A stretch of 58,109 nt of DNA, counting the filler, from Perkinsus olseni (Eukaryota): the NCBI GenBank assembly GCA_013115125.1. It is 2 parts of 2 records of this genome, joined end to end, with 100 filler letters (N's around TTAATTAATTAA, not from the genome) between each part and the next. Parts side by side here need not be neighbours in the genome. Positions count along the whole stretch, not along the records: positions 1 to 29,005 come from JABANN010000435.1; positions 29,106 to 58,109 come from JABANN010000436.1. The stretch is one strand, 5' to 3'. The notes beneath the pieces are model-generated. The model was not told the DNA's origin and ran no database searches. It saw only the letters and a list, made by a program, of their open reading frames with translations. Below, one piece after another: positions 23,110 to 35,563 of this stretch. The translations under genes were made by a program, and so were the position numbers. The stretch's first letter is position 1; the number at the start of each line of letters is the position of its first letter.

Positions 23110-24514
23110 CTACGCTTGTCGGCCCCTCTCCTGCTGTGCAGCAGCAGCAGCAGCAGCCGCAGCAGCAGCCGCCGCTTGCATGACTCTCTGTTGCTGCTTG
23201 GCCGCCGTCGTCTCCGGCATGTAGAGATCGAAGTTCGTCTGCAGCGGGAAGTTCACCGGCGCCGCCATCAGTTGATGTTGATGGTCCACTGCCGTTAAGA
23301 ACTCGTTGGTGTCGATCGCCGCTGAAGAGCCGCTCCAGATTCGATTCTTCCACGCTGAGGGGTCGAAGTAGACGTAGTGCTGCGAGCCGTCTTGTTTGAT
23401 GCTCCTAGAGGGACCGTCGCCATTCGCCTTGGCAGCGTCCAAGTCCTCCTGGGTTGCCACTCGGAACCACAATTGGAGTTTCCTCTGATATCTCCAGCCG
23501 CGGGAGTGGAGTTCCATGGCAGCCACGGCCTGCATCTCGTCACCGGCAAGAACGTGGAAGATATAGAAAAGGGTTTCCGTTTGATACTGCTTGGGGTGAC
23601 TTGCCTTCACTGCGAATCGGAACTGATGGAAAAACCGTCAAAACGATGAGGGAGGGTCGCTTCACGAGCACTCACGCCGGACATGTTCTGGTCATTCTGA
23701 TCGCCGCCGCCGACAAAGTAGCTGTTGGGCACCCTGTATCTCCTGAGCTTGTCTTTCGATAGACGACCGGTGCCGGGGGTATCGAAGGGGGCCTCGGGAA
23801 CTCCGAGGAGGGAGCCAGCATCAAGACCGAGCTGGAGTTGTCTTCGGAACTGGTCGGCTGTGTCCGAAGGCGATACCGTCACGAGCATACCATCGAGACC
23901 GTAACTGAAGAGAATTTTATTTCATACCGCACCTTCCGCAAATCACGTACCGGCCGAGATCCTCAGGCTTGTGAGGGGGTATCACATTGTGAGGCGGAAG
24001 CGGCGGTGCCGGGGCCTGAGGAAACCGTCAAACATTCCCTACCAAATTTTACGCTACCTCCCCGACTACTACCCGTCCCGAGCTACTTCCGTTGTTAACT
24101 CCCGTTGGCAACTGCTGCTGGCCGGACGAAGGCGGTGGCTTCGCTACGCCCGCGGCCGCTGCGGCAGAAAATTGTGAAGCGTTCATGAGCAGCCTGAGAA
24201 GAGGAAGATGGCGAGTGGGGGTTGGCGGACTGAAGGGCCTCACTGTTGAACGGCCGAATCGCCGCTACTACTGTTACTCATCAAACGATTGATACCGGCG
24301 TATCCGGCGGGGGCCTACGGAAGAGAATAATGATAATGATAATGAAGTGTGGACCGTCTACTACTACTACCTGCTGGGGAGAGCCAGTCATGCCCGGTGG
24401 CGGGGGTGGCCGAGAGACGGGTTGTTGTTGCTGATAGGCGGAGCGACTTGTAGCCATTGGCGACTTGTTCTCCAACGGATTAACAAAGTTAACTCTCGAC
24501 GATGATGACAACAT
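23110..24514 (-). CDS. CNOT2: CCR4-NOT subunit NOT2 (spliced)
   Basis: YGLDGML...LQLGLDAGSLLG...YRVPNSY, then the NOT-box YQTETLFYIF...DEMQAVAAMELHSRGWRYQRKLQLWF...YVYFDPSAW. Low-complexity N-terminus and poly-Ala tail. Confidence 0.85.
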
Positions 24515-24599
24515 GACAGAGCCCACCCCAACAACACATCCTTATTGTTAGTGAAGCTCATGACTGGTCGAAAGTGGGGGGTCGAAGAAGCCCGGAGGC

Positions 24600-25400
24600 G
24601 TCCCCAATTGGCGCAAAAAGGCGGTCTCCAGTGGAATGAAAGACTCACTTTGGGATGGATCCCGCGACCATCCGCATGACGAAGCTGCAATCTTACCAAC
24701 TCGGCTATTCAAATACTCCTCACTCTTCTCGAACATAGTATCGGTTTTCTCTCTCATACTTGAAGATCCCAAGCAGTGGCTCCGACGTCCCCACCGCCAC
24801 TACTGCGACACTAACCATGCGAGTACCCCGGGAGACTCCCATGACGCGTGTATCACGTTGGCCAGAGCGGCCAGTAGCAGTGACGAAAGGGTCAGTATTT
24901 GAGAGGGGCTTACCAATACTTTCACCAACGTGACGGCAGCCTGCCTCTCGCTAGTCTACAAAACTTTAGCGGAATAGCTCACCCATCCAGAGCAACAGAG
25001 GAGGGAATTGTTGACCTTTTCAGATCTATGATAGACCCGCAAGTAAAGCCCACAGTGAACACATCACCATCCGATGGTGATACAAATCTGTGGGCTGTGG
25101 GGGGTACATCGGCCCTCAACGACGGCGTACAAATCATCAGCCCAACTTCATCTACAAAGTGAACGGGAAATTGCTCAACTACGGCACTGCTGTGGCAGCA
25201 GCAGGCTCCGCGAGCACAAATACCGATACCCTCCTATTACCCATTATTACCGATCCCTGCTCGGCCGAGCGCCAATGGTAAAACAGAGCCCTCCGGGGTG
25301 TCCTTCCGGACGGGGACGTTGAGGAGCGACTGAGGCATGGTGTTACCTTGGAAGCAAAATCTATGATTCGGCGCAAATCACTACTTGACCTATTTTGCAT
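24600..25400 (-). CDS. Probable small spliced gene, unknown product
   Basis: ATG at 25400 followed by several canonical GTAAC/GTGAG/GTAAG donors and TGTAG acceptors on the minus strand; frame not fully resolved. Confidence 0.25.
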
Positions 25401-25550
25401 CTTCCTCTGTTGAACCTAAGATACCCCAAGTAACACAAGCATACTTCCTTCGCCCGAGAAACTAACAGTTCGTCGAGAACAGGTAAGCGCAATAGTATCT
25501 ACCAACGGTAATACACATACTACAATCAACCCATCGCCGGTCGCCACGCC

Positions 25551-27050
25551 TCAGACTGAGCACTCGTCCAACAGCCACTTCCAGCACTGCTGACCATCCT
25601 CAAGGCCATCACCAAAGAGGGCCGATACGGTCGAGGAGAAGGTGATGGCTGGGGTAAACAAGAGAACGATCACTCCGAGCGTACAGGTGGTGAGGTGGTA
25701 GTAATGAGTGTCTTCGAGTACCAGCCAGTGGGCCCCTACGATGTCCACCAGCATACAACCGATGACGGCCACAGCGTAGGCGACCACGCGATACAGGAGC
25801 GATAACTTAACCGGAAATTGAGCAGTTCGGGGACAGATGCTTCGACAGAAACGTCTGGCCAATTTTATTACAACAACGAGAGCCATCAGAGTTCGGCAAG
25901 CATAGAGCGCTGGCGCGACCATGTCCCTGTGCGCCAGGCCGTAGAGGACGGCGGGTTGGGATACACAGCAGATGTGCAGCATCAGACGGTCGGATGATAC
26001 CGCTTCCTTCGCTGCCACGCACATCTTATCGGATACGTAAGTTTTGAATTTACTAAGACTTCCATACCACACCTCTATCAAATCAAGAATCATCGCTCGG
26101 TCGGAGGGCTCGGTGCATTGAACGGTATTGAAGTCAATCTCGGAGAGAGAGTATCGAATCTTGATCCTTGACGTGATATCACCGAGAAAAACGTATCTAA
26201 CTTGAACCATGCACATGACGATGTCGATCGGGAGCTGGGCACAGGAGGGGACCACTGATAGTAGCAACCAGTAGACAGTAGTGGTGAGCAGGCAACGATA
26301 GACTGTCTTTTGTATCGGCATCATAAACAGCTTCAATGGCCGTTGCTTAGCCATCCTCTCCGACCCCTTGAGGAAGCATGCTAATTCAAAGACGCACCAA
26401 AGTCGTTGAAAATAATCGTCACTCCATAGTAACAGGAAAGTGTCGCATTTGTTGAGGTAGGCCCCGATGCTTCTGATGCCGGCAGCCTTACGTACCGGAT
26501 CGACCTGGTCGATGCAACAGCGATCGAAGAAGACCTTCGCTTCTGAGTGTCTCCTGACTCCCGGTATTTTCAAGGGGATTTCGTGCCCTCTGGCGAGGAC
26601 CGTGACGTAGATGAGGATGCCCACGATAGCGCTCAATCCAGGGCTCATCCGAAGGCCCCAAGACAACAGTATGGTACAAATGATGCTGATGGTGACGGCC
26701 AACCAGAAATTGACCCGCAAATGCATCGTCCACAGAACGACGTTTGGATCAGCGTTCCAGGAGTGGGAGATGAACTCATCCAGTTCGTCCACCGGCTCCG
26801 AGAGCGCATACAGCAGCTCGCTCTCCCGTCTCTTGTGAATACGAAAATTGGAAGTATCATTTTTGTAGTAAAAAGCTTCGCCGTTGTTGCTGAGCAGTTT
26901 TGCAAGGGTAACGCCGTGCAGAGGGACTAGGGCAGTATCGGGAGGCGTGGAGATTGGTGATGATGATGTTGTACTGGTAGTAGTGTCATCGGAGCTGAGG
27001 TGCTCCAATTGAGGCGGAGATAAGCTGTCGTCAAACATTGATGACAACAT
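25551..27050 (-). CDS. Intronless multi-TM protein with TIR/HET-like domain
   Basis: ~500-aa ORF: DEFISHSW ... two TM helices ... VFFDRCCIDQ ... GIRSIGAYL ... FLLLWSDDYFQRLWCVFELACF, with several C-terminal hydrophobic helices. Confidence 0.85.
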   Translation of the reverse strand: MLSSMFDDSLSPPQLEHLSSDDTTTSTTSSSPISTPPDTALVPLHGVTLAKLLSNNGEAFYYKNDTSNFRIHKRRESELLYALSEPVDELDEFISHSWNADPNVVLWTMHLRVNFWLAVTISIICTILLSWGLRMSPGLSAIVGILIYVTVLARGHEIPLKIPGVRRHSEAKVFFDRCCIDQVDPVRKAAGIRSIGAYLNKCDTFLLLWSDDYFQRLWCVFELACFLKGSERMAKQRPLKLFMMPIQKTVYRCLLTTTVYWLLLSVVPSCAQLPIDIVMCMVQVRYVFLGDITSRIKIRYSLSEIDFNTVQCTEPSDRAMILDLIEVWYGSLSKFKTYVSDKMCVAAKEAVSSDRLMLHICCVSQPAVLYGLAHRDMVAPALYACRTLMALVVVIKLARRFCRSICPRTAQFPVKLSLLYRVVAYAVAVIGCMLVDIVGAHWLVLEDTHYYHLTTCTLGVIVLLFTPAITFSSTVSALFGDGLEDGQQCWKWLLDECSV

Positions 27051-27294
27051 CAACTGAAGAATAACAATGTCAACTATCCCGTTACTGGTGGGTCGGACTC
27101 AATGTAATTAGCGCGCGCCCAAAAAATGAGATGAAGGCATGTGGGAGGTGAGGAGCAAGCTTAGTGCGCCGAGGGGAGTACTCAGGGGGTAGAACCTACT
27201 CGGTAGGTCCGAAGAGCTTGGATGTGTGGGTACCCACCTGAAGGTAAATCCTAACCTGCCGCTAGAGGAGCCGGTGCATGCAATAGTGCTGATG

Positions 27295-27367
27295 TGCGAT
27301 TGCCGGGGTTCGAACCATGACCATACACGATGACGGACAGGTGCTCTACCCGCTGAGCTGAGCAACT
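27295..27367 (-). pseudogene. 73-nt tRNA-like pseudogene (GTC at anticodon position)
   Basis: AGCTCAGCGGGTAGAGC D-arm/A-box and GGTTCGAACCC B-box at canonical spacing; anticodon and T stems do not pair. Confidence 0.6.
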
Positions 27368-27848
27368 GTAGGTTCTCAACAGGGGCGCCTTCGCAGATTC
27401 TCAACGAGTTGCCTGCATCTAGTAGCGCCTTCGAGCAGCGCTGCGTGTAACGAGAGTTGCCCTCGGCTGAGGATAACGGATGAGTTCCTCTGCCTGAGAA
27501 TCGGACTGTACCGGGGGTGACATCGGGCAGTGCCTGACGGGCGCTCTGGCTGCTAGATGAGCGAGTGGTCATCGAGCACTAACTGCTCGAACGAGCCCCT
27601 TTGAGACGTAAATCGATGTTACGTCATGCACAAGGAGTGTTACAGTAGCACACGGAAATTGCATTGCGTGATCAACACAACTTCAAGCTCCATCTCAGAG
27701 TGCCCTCATCGCTGATACGGTATCAGGGTACAGGACCACCGAACAGGACAACTAAGTGTGCAGAAGTATGAGTATGAACAAGAACAGCAGGACGAACAGC
27801 ACAGGCCATGCAGTGGATCCAATTGAATCACACGCACACTCCTGTACT

Positions 27849-28120
27849 TCACCACTGAAGTGGTTCACTGATTACGGGTATTATCCCATCATCCTCATCG
27901 TCCACGGTGGACTTGGAGACCCAGGGAACAATGTAGCCGGCATGGGTGTGTTCACCATCATCATCACCTACAGAGATGGATATACTAAACATGTTCCGAT
28001 GATTGCCAGACGTACCATAAATATCAAAGCCGGCCTTCCTATACGCCCCGATGGCGGCCGCATTCTCATAGCTCACATCCATATATATCCACTTCACTGG
28101 AGGTTTCGCGTTTCCAATCT
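27849..28120 (-). CDS. GNAT acetyltransferase C-terminal exon (gene extent unresolved)
   Basis: KWIYMDVSYENAAAIGAYRKAGF matches GNAT motif B (hxLxVxxxNxxAxxLYxKxGF). Confidence 0.5.
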
Positions 28121-29005
28121 GATCACGATGATGTTACTCTCTTATCTCCCCGGAACATTTCCTAGTCGTGTCTAATTTAACAGAGTGGTTACATAGCGGA
28201 GCAATCATCTACTATCGAATGCCTCACAAACTGATTCTTTCACATCGTATTGCAACAACCTCCATGAGACCTACGAGTTCAGATTGAAACGTCCCTTAAT
28301 AACGAGCAATACATGAATTAGTCATCACGTCTACCATTTATATAAACCAATTGTTGATTTGAAGCGACGCAAGTCCTTCAATCAACTTTGTTCGGCCCTC
28401 ATGCAGTATCTCGATGCTCGCAGGGGCTTATTGTAGTGCCGGGCCGGCACAACTTTTGGTTTTCCGCCTCTGTTTGGTACGAGGCCCACCATTGAATATT
28501 TGCTGTGAAAAAAAATTAAAAAAGTAGCAGCAGCTGGAGCAAGCGTCGGAGGACTGGCGACTGGGACGGTGACCGCGAGGTTGGAGGAAGATGCAGAAGA
28601 AGTCGGTCGAAGCCTTAGACCAGACCTACGAGTTCAATGAACCTCTTCAGCATCTCTGTGGCGATTCCTCGGCCTCTCCAGCCATTTCTCACTCGAACCC
28701 AGGGTATATAAACATGATCCGTGCCGGCGATGCGGCCAAACTCAACAGACCCGACTACGACCTGAGTACACTTCATCTTAATGTACAGTAGGATTACACA
28801 GGTCTTATGAGACTCTCATGATGAGATATATCACCCGAGACAGACCCACAACCCTACCTTTTTCTCCGGATAAACTGCCACGAAAACCGCAGCATTTTGG
28901 TCGGACTTTCCTATAATGAGCTCATCAGACGGTGTCAGAGCTAATCAATGATCAGCACTGTGTTATGGATGATCTTTCGTGGGCATCGCTTGTAGGACGG
29001 TGGTG

Positions 29006-29105
29006 NNNNNNNNNNNNNNNNNNNNNNNNNNNNNNNNNNNNNNNNNNNNTTAATTAATTAANNNNNNNNNNNNNNNNNNNNNNNNNNNNNNNNNNNNNNN
29101 NNNNN
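29006..29105. other. Artificial contig-join spacer
   Basis: 100 nt of N with central TTAATTAATTAA (29050-29061), giving stops in all six frames. Confidence 0.95.
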
Positions 29106-29214
29106 ACAGATCGTGCGATCGATAGGAAGACAACAGCTATCATCAGATCTTGCGCACTTCAGCATCTTTCCATAACAAGTGGACAGCATCGCAAATATTC
29201 TGCTGTGCCGAGGC

Positions 29215-30870
29215 CTAGAATGTATAAGCGTCCTCGGCGGCTTGAACGTGCTCAAAGACACGAACCCCGTTGGGGCGAAAGGAGGGGTTGAAGGATCGAT
29301 GACGGCTCTTGGGGTCACGGGCGATGTCCTTGATGCGTTCCTGAAAAGTGAGTGGTAAACGACAGCTCACTCCTGCGGCGATCGTGAGCCGGGTCGAGAG
29401 ATGAAGATAGACTTGAAGGTAGCTCACCATCTCAGCATCACTGAGCTCGAAGTCGAAGACTTGGAAGTTCTCGATCACACGAGCAGGCTTTGTGCTCTTC
29501 GGGATTACGATGACACCTCTCTGTATGTTCCACCTCTCAACAACCTGAAATACGTCAGAATTCACCGTGGCGCTACACCTTGCGTGAGAGGGATCTTTGC
29601 GAAGTAAGACCATACCGGACACCATTCACGAAGCTCACCTGCGCCGGAGACTTGTTGTGAGCCTTGGCTATAGCCACCACGTCGGGCTGCTCAAGTATGT
29701 TGTGCTTCGCAGAACCATCATGAGGCCTAGGGGAGTTCGAACTACTACCATAGCCAGGTCCCACCACAACAACCGCTCAAATCCCTTACATGTTGGCAGG
29801 ACTTCCGAGAGGGGCATAGGCCACAACGTGGATATCATGCTTTTTGCAGTAATCCAGCATACGCCATTGAGGGAAGTAAGGATGTACCTGAAGGGGTAAT
29901 AACCCCCACCTACTGATGATGACCAACTACCTCGATCTGATCCACTACAGGCTTGATGCGGCACATGGCGAGGATCTCATCAATCTCGTTGGTATCGAAG
30001 TTACTCACACCAATAGATCGGACCTGGCAAGTAGCTATCGAAAGGGCGAAAATCCTCGTTGGCGATCATCCTGTAGCTGCAAAGATTTCTCGAGCGACTT
30101 CCGAGTGACTTACCAATCCGGCATCAACACACTTCTCCAGCTCCCTCCACGTATCACTCAGCTTCACATCTGTCATAGCGTCGTACTCGCCTTTCTCATT
30201 TTTAGGGAACATCCAGTTGGGACTAACAGCAACCAACATATGCCCATGTGATAGGCTCTGGAGCCCTGAGATTAAGGGCTCACTCTTTGGCAGGGTCATG
30301 CATCTGCAGGGGGCAAGGGAAGTGCATTATGAGCTGGTCAACGTAGCTAAGGTTAAGCTCCTTCAGGTACTGCTCCACCGCAGGGCGCACGAGGTCCGGA
30401 CGGAAGTGTATGAGCCACAGCTTGGTGGTGACGAAGAGCTCTTCTCGGGTGGCAAGGCCCTCCTCGATCGCCTGAGCGATACCCTTACCCACACCGTGAT
30501 GATTACCGTACCTAGGAACCACACCATTACGACGGGGACTGACGGAAACTGCTAATCTACATGAAGGCCGTATCAATGTAACGGTAGCCAGTCTTGATGC
30601 CCGCTACAACGTCAGCAGGGACTACGTCATCAGGGGTGCGGTACGTACCCAAACCGATGATGGGCATCTTCATGCCGTTGTTGAGAGTAACCTGAGATGG
30701 GCCATGGAACGATCATCTCACGTCCAACACATGCTTACCGTCTTGTCGCTGGCGACCATGCTTGCAAGGGCTGGAACCCACAGGGAATTGAGATCAGAAT
30801 AAGACGGAACTGCAAGAAGCGCCTTGCCTCAGACCCACGCAACAGATGACAACTCAGAAGCTGCCATCAT
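29215..30870 (-). CDS. Aldo-keto reductase, copy 1 (spliced)
   Basis: [94 protein letters not shown]. Confidence 0.93.
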
Positions 30871-31359
30871 GATGATGACACGCTTGGAGTAATTCTAAGA
30901 TCGACTCTGATGAGGCTGCGTCTGAAGCTCACACGACTAAGCGCGACCTCTACCGAGCATGACGGGGAACCAACACACTCACTGTCTCTCACACAAACTG
31001 TTACCTCAAGGACCAGACTCACCACGCATTATTTATGAAATATAAGGTTATATATTTATGGTAGTAATGATTGTACAAGTAGTAACTTAGGCATAATAAT
31101 AAACTTATATGTGATTATTAATAATGGTTATAGAGGTATAACATGTAATCAAAACGACGGCGCGATCGATTCCCAATAACTACCGCACATCCACCAGCTA
31201 CAGGGTTCACTCAGGGAACTCCACACTCAAGCACCGTTAAATGGAAAAACCCAGATCTTCGCGGTAAGTCTACCAATCAACTGTGGTAGTAGTACAAGAC
31301 AGAAGTCACTGGGGAGCAGAATTGGTCCATACAGGACTGTAAATGGTGAAAGGAGAAGC

Positions 31360-32807
31360 TTAGAAGGTATAAGCATCCTCCGCAGCATTCACGTGCTCGA
31401 ACGCACGAACTCCGCCAACGCGGAATGCGGGATCGAAGGATCGATGACGGTTCTTCGGGTCACGAGCGATGTCCTTGATGCGTTCCTGAACACGACCCCA
31501 GGTATACACCGGCCCCTCACGGGAACCATGGGCCAGTCCGCCGATGACAAAAATACATCACAGAGGAGTGAACCTTGATAGCCGTCTGAGGAAGCTACTT
31601 ACCATCTCAGCATCACTGAGCTCAAAGTCGAAGACTTGGGAGTTCTCGATCACGCGAGCAGGCTTTGTGCTCTTCGGGATGACTGTGACACCTCTCTGTA
31701 TGTTCCACCTCTCAACAACCTGCAAGACGACTAGCATGTGGCCAAAGCCAACATACTCGAACAGGCCAGCCTCGGTCGTAGGGGAGCAAAGAACAAGCGT
31801 AACGAAAGCCTCACCTGAGCGGGGGACTTGTTGTGTGCCTTCGCAATTGCAACCACGTCGGGCTGCTCGAGCACGTTGTGCTTCTCTGAACCGTCAGAAG
31901 GCCTGAGGATTACAGAGTACACGGAATCGCAAGCCTGCCGATGATTGACGCACTTGTTGGCAGGACTTCCGAGAGGGGCGTAGGCCACAACGTGGATATC
32001 ATGCTTTTTGCAGTAATCCAGCATACGCCATTGAGGGAAGTAAGGATGTACCTGAAGGGGTAATAACCCCCACCTACTGATGATGACCAACTACCTCGAT
32101 CTGATCCACTACAGGCTTGATGCGGCACATGGCGAGGATCTCATCAATCTCGTTGGTATCGAAGTTACTCACACCAATAGATCGGACCTAACAAAACGTC
32201 ACATCCAGCGCAGTTGCGCGACGTTAATAGAGATGCCTACAAGTCCGTCATCCACAAGCCCCTCGAGAGCCTTCCAAGTGTCGGTGATCTTGACACTAGT
32301 CTCTGGCTCCATCTTTCCCTCGACATCCTTCATGGGGCAGGGCCAGTGCATGAGGAGCTGATCCACATAGTCCAACTGAAGAGTCTTGAGCATTTCCTGC
32401 ACGGCAGGCTTGACAGCCTCCGGTCGGAACTGCGTCAACCACAGCTTGGTGGTGACGAAAAGCTCCTCGCGTGTGACAAGGCCCTCCTTGATCGCCTGCG
32501 CGATGCCCTGGCCCACACCGTGGTGGTTGCCGTATCTACAAGGGTCACACCATGGAGACCAATCGACCGGACGACCAACACTATCCTACACAAAAGCGGT
32601 ATCAATATATCGGTAACCCGCCTTGATGCCGGCCACAATGTCAGCAGGGACTACATCGTCCGGAGTGAGGTAGGTACCCAGACCGATGATGGGCATTTTC
32701 ATGCCGTTGTTGAGAGTCACCTGTGGAGAGCAGTACATGCCGGTGGAAGGCAACTCGGTGGACGCCCAGGGGACCCAACTCACCATCATATCGCTGGACA
32801 TAGTCAT
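31360..32807 (-). CDS. Aldo-keto reductase, copy 2 (spliced)
   Basis: Same motifs as copy 1, including TKLW and LLMHWP; catalytic D-Y-K-H tetrad recognisable; ends DAYTF*. Confidence 0.93.
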
Positions 32808-33544
32808 GAGAATTTGACAACAGAAAGGTTTAAAACTGCGAAATACGAATGAGCTGACGTCAAATCAATCATCCACCGAAATGAACCGTAGAACAGGTAG
32901 GTAGCAGCCCGGACAAGCGTGTCTATTTCATAGAGAGCCCTGCGCTAGTTTGACGAGGAAGCTACACACTCGGTGTCCCCCACCACAAAATGAGTCTTGG
33001 AGCGAGTGAGCTCAGACACGAGATAACGATGCAATTCGGCCGTCAAGCTGGTCGGTGAAAAGAACTACATGACTGGAAAGCTGACGTGAAAGAGTAGGAG
33101 TTTCCGAACTCTGCTGAGCGCGGCAAGCGATCCCCGGAGAGAATAGCTCAGCCTAGGGAACGCGATAGGGGTCTGAGCTAGCTCAACCATAATAGGTCAC
33201 CACACGATACCTGTGGATACACTACTCGTAGTATGCTACACATGCACTCTGAGCAGGTAGGACCAGAACTGAAGACCTTTATTCCTGAGGACGCTCTTTG
33301 GCCCGCTACCTCGCTTGGATCCCTTATTGTGTGCGGATGTCTCCATAATCTCAGCGAAGTCCCTTTTAGGACCGGAATTTCCGGGTCGACAGTGGTCCAT
33401 TCCGGGCCGGAATGGATAATCCAAAACTCAACTCAGACTCGCCGCAAGTGGCCGAGATTGAATTAACCTCTATAGGTGTGAATGAAAGAAAAAAGCAAGA
33501 GCACACGTTCATACGAGAATCAAAGTTCAGAGTCAACTACTTGC

Positions 33545-34745
33545 TTCAGTTCAGCATCATCAGCATAAGAAAAAACTCTCTTGCCATTGGGGCAGCCGAT
33601 GCGTGCCTGAAAGCAACGCAAAAAGCTTCGAGCTCATATGACAGCACATGATTGGCCGGAGCCACGTACGAATGGACAGAAGCGCGGGAGTCGTCACGAG
33701 ATGTCTACCACGTCTCGGTCAGACAGCTGAAAATTGAAAACGTCCAAGTTCTCGAAAAGTCTGTTCCGGTGGACAGACTGGGGCACAACAACCACACCTT
33801 TCATGCTCCAACGCAGCAGGACCTAGAACCGGGACTCTCCTGTGGTCCAAGATATTCGAAGGCCACGCAATGGTCGAGGACAGTAGCCCAACCTGAGCGG
33901 GTGTTTGCCGATTTCGGCCGCCACAGCTTCAACTTCGGGGTTTTGCAGAGAATTCCGAGGTGCTCTACCGTCCAAAGGGCTCAACATGGATACACGAAAC
34001 GCGGACCTGACTCGACTTGGAAGTGCAACGCTCAAAGCTGCCACGGAATGGCGACCCACCAGCCCATCGTTAACAAGCTTCTCCATTTTCTTCCATGTGT
34101 GGATCAAATTCAATGATGTGTCAACTACCAGATGCCCACTCTCATCCCAAGGGAATCTCTGGACTGAGTACACAGCACGGTACTGCAACAAGAGACGGGC
34201 ATGGCCCGCCTACTTCTTCCCTGGGTCTCGTCGCTCGAAGGCTACCGGCCGGTGCATCTGTATTTGATCCAAGTAGTCCAGGCCCAGTTAAGTGAGCGTT
34301 TCCCCAACGGAGGGGCGCACGACCTCGGGCTTGTACTGCGACATCCACAGCTTGGTCGAGATGAGCAGATCTTCTCGCATCCCAACACCGGCTCTGATAG
34401 CGTCCGCCACGCCTTCGCCAATGCTCTTGTGGTTACCGTAACTGCGCAACGATACAAGCAGGCAGCAAAGCTCGGCGGCCCTCCTTCATGAATGCGGTGT
34501 CAATGAGGCGGTAGGCGGGCCTTATTGCCTCGTAGACAGTCCCTGCAGCCAGTGTGTCGCTCGAGTCGGTTGTGTCCAAACCTAGCATCGGCATCTTCAA
34601 GCCGTTATTGAGTTCAACAGTGGGAGCTGGTACCTACTCAGCAATGCACTCCCTGAGGTCAAGGACAACGGCAACGATGTACTCACCTGCGCTCCCGCTA
34701 CGCTGAATACTGATAGGACAACTAACTGACGAGCGTATTTATCAA
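33545..34745 (-). pseudogene. Aldo-keto reductase pseudogene
   Basis: VELNNGLKMPMLGLD, YRLIDTAF, YGN and ISTKLW are present. In-frame TAA in TLT*LGLDYLD, the SIGVSNF/QIEVHP exons are missing, and there is a 1-nt frameshift at GK(T)PAQ. Confidence 0.75.
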
Positions 34746-35563
34746 TAGTCACGGAGCAATAAAGCTGGAAAGCGCAAGATCCGTTCCGACCAGGAGCAGC
34801 AGCAGGGCACTCTAGCTCAGCACACTAGACACTACATGGAGTGCATCATGCCCTGTGCATGAACATAGGCGACAAACCCAGAAGGGACCGCGTGTTGTCC
34901 AAGCCGGGACAAGAGCTTCGTATCGCGACTCGCAGAAACAAGGCGAGAAATTCGGGACCGACTGCACACGCGGAAGCAGGGCTTTGAGATCGTGTCACCA
35001 TGATGGACCACTTGCTATATTAATACCACTCGCCCCCCTCGAACGACACTTCTATCCCTCACGCCCGACAGTAACTATCAACTCAAGAGCCCTGTAGACT
35101 GGAAATATCTGCACAACTCTCACGTGACAACGAAGAAAGATCAGTAGCATTCCGTCCTAAGCCCCGCGTACGCGGCAATTTCGCTATCACCGTTGGAGGG
35201 GTATCAAACATGATGATGATGAGCTGCCAAACGATACGTCCACAGGCTATAGTGAACCACTACCAGTAGTTGCTCCCCGGGGACTTTACCCGAGAGCCAA
35301 CATAACAACAACTGTCCAACAGTCCTGGACAGTATAAATGCCATAAGGAAAGGAAGGACGCTGTCCTCCCATAGAAAGAGCACGTACATACAACGATGTG
35401 GAGGGCAGCACGATCATTGGAACGCACAGTAGCCCAGGGAATACTGAAATCTATATACAACCACGAAAAGGCTTAAAAACGATAGCTGACCAGCGGCAGT
35501 GGGATCAGCACTTTGGTACAAAAAACGAAAGGAGTGGTATGAATAGGACTATGTCGGGTCCGA

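Noticed and set aside
23020-23110. TAG/AGT-rich low-complexity stretch, and CAG runs at 38101, 38496 and 51026
   Set aside because: Ordinary UTR microsatellite-like sequence and coding poly-Q/poly-A tracts.
28335-28400. GLASLQINNWFI resembling TALE homeodomain helix 3 (minus strand)
   Set aside because: Short, immediately followed by a stop, no helix 1-2; may belong to the GNAT gene.
29006-29105. TTAATTAATTAA island within Ns
   Set aside because: Six-frame-stop linker used to join contigs; not biological, and adjacency across it is unproven.
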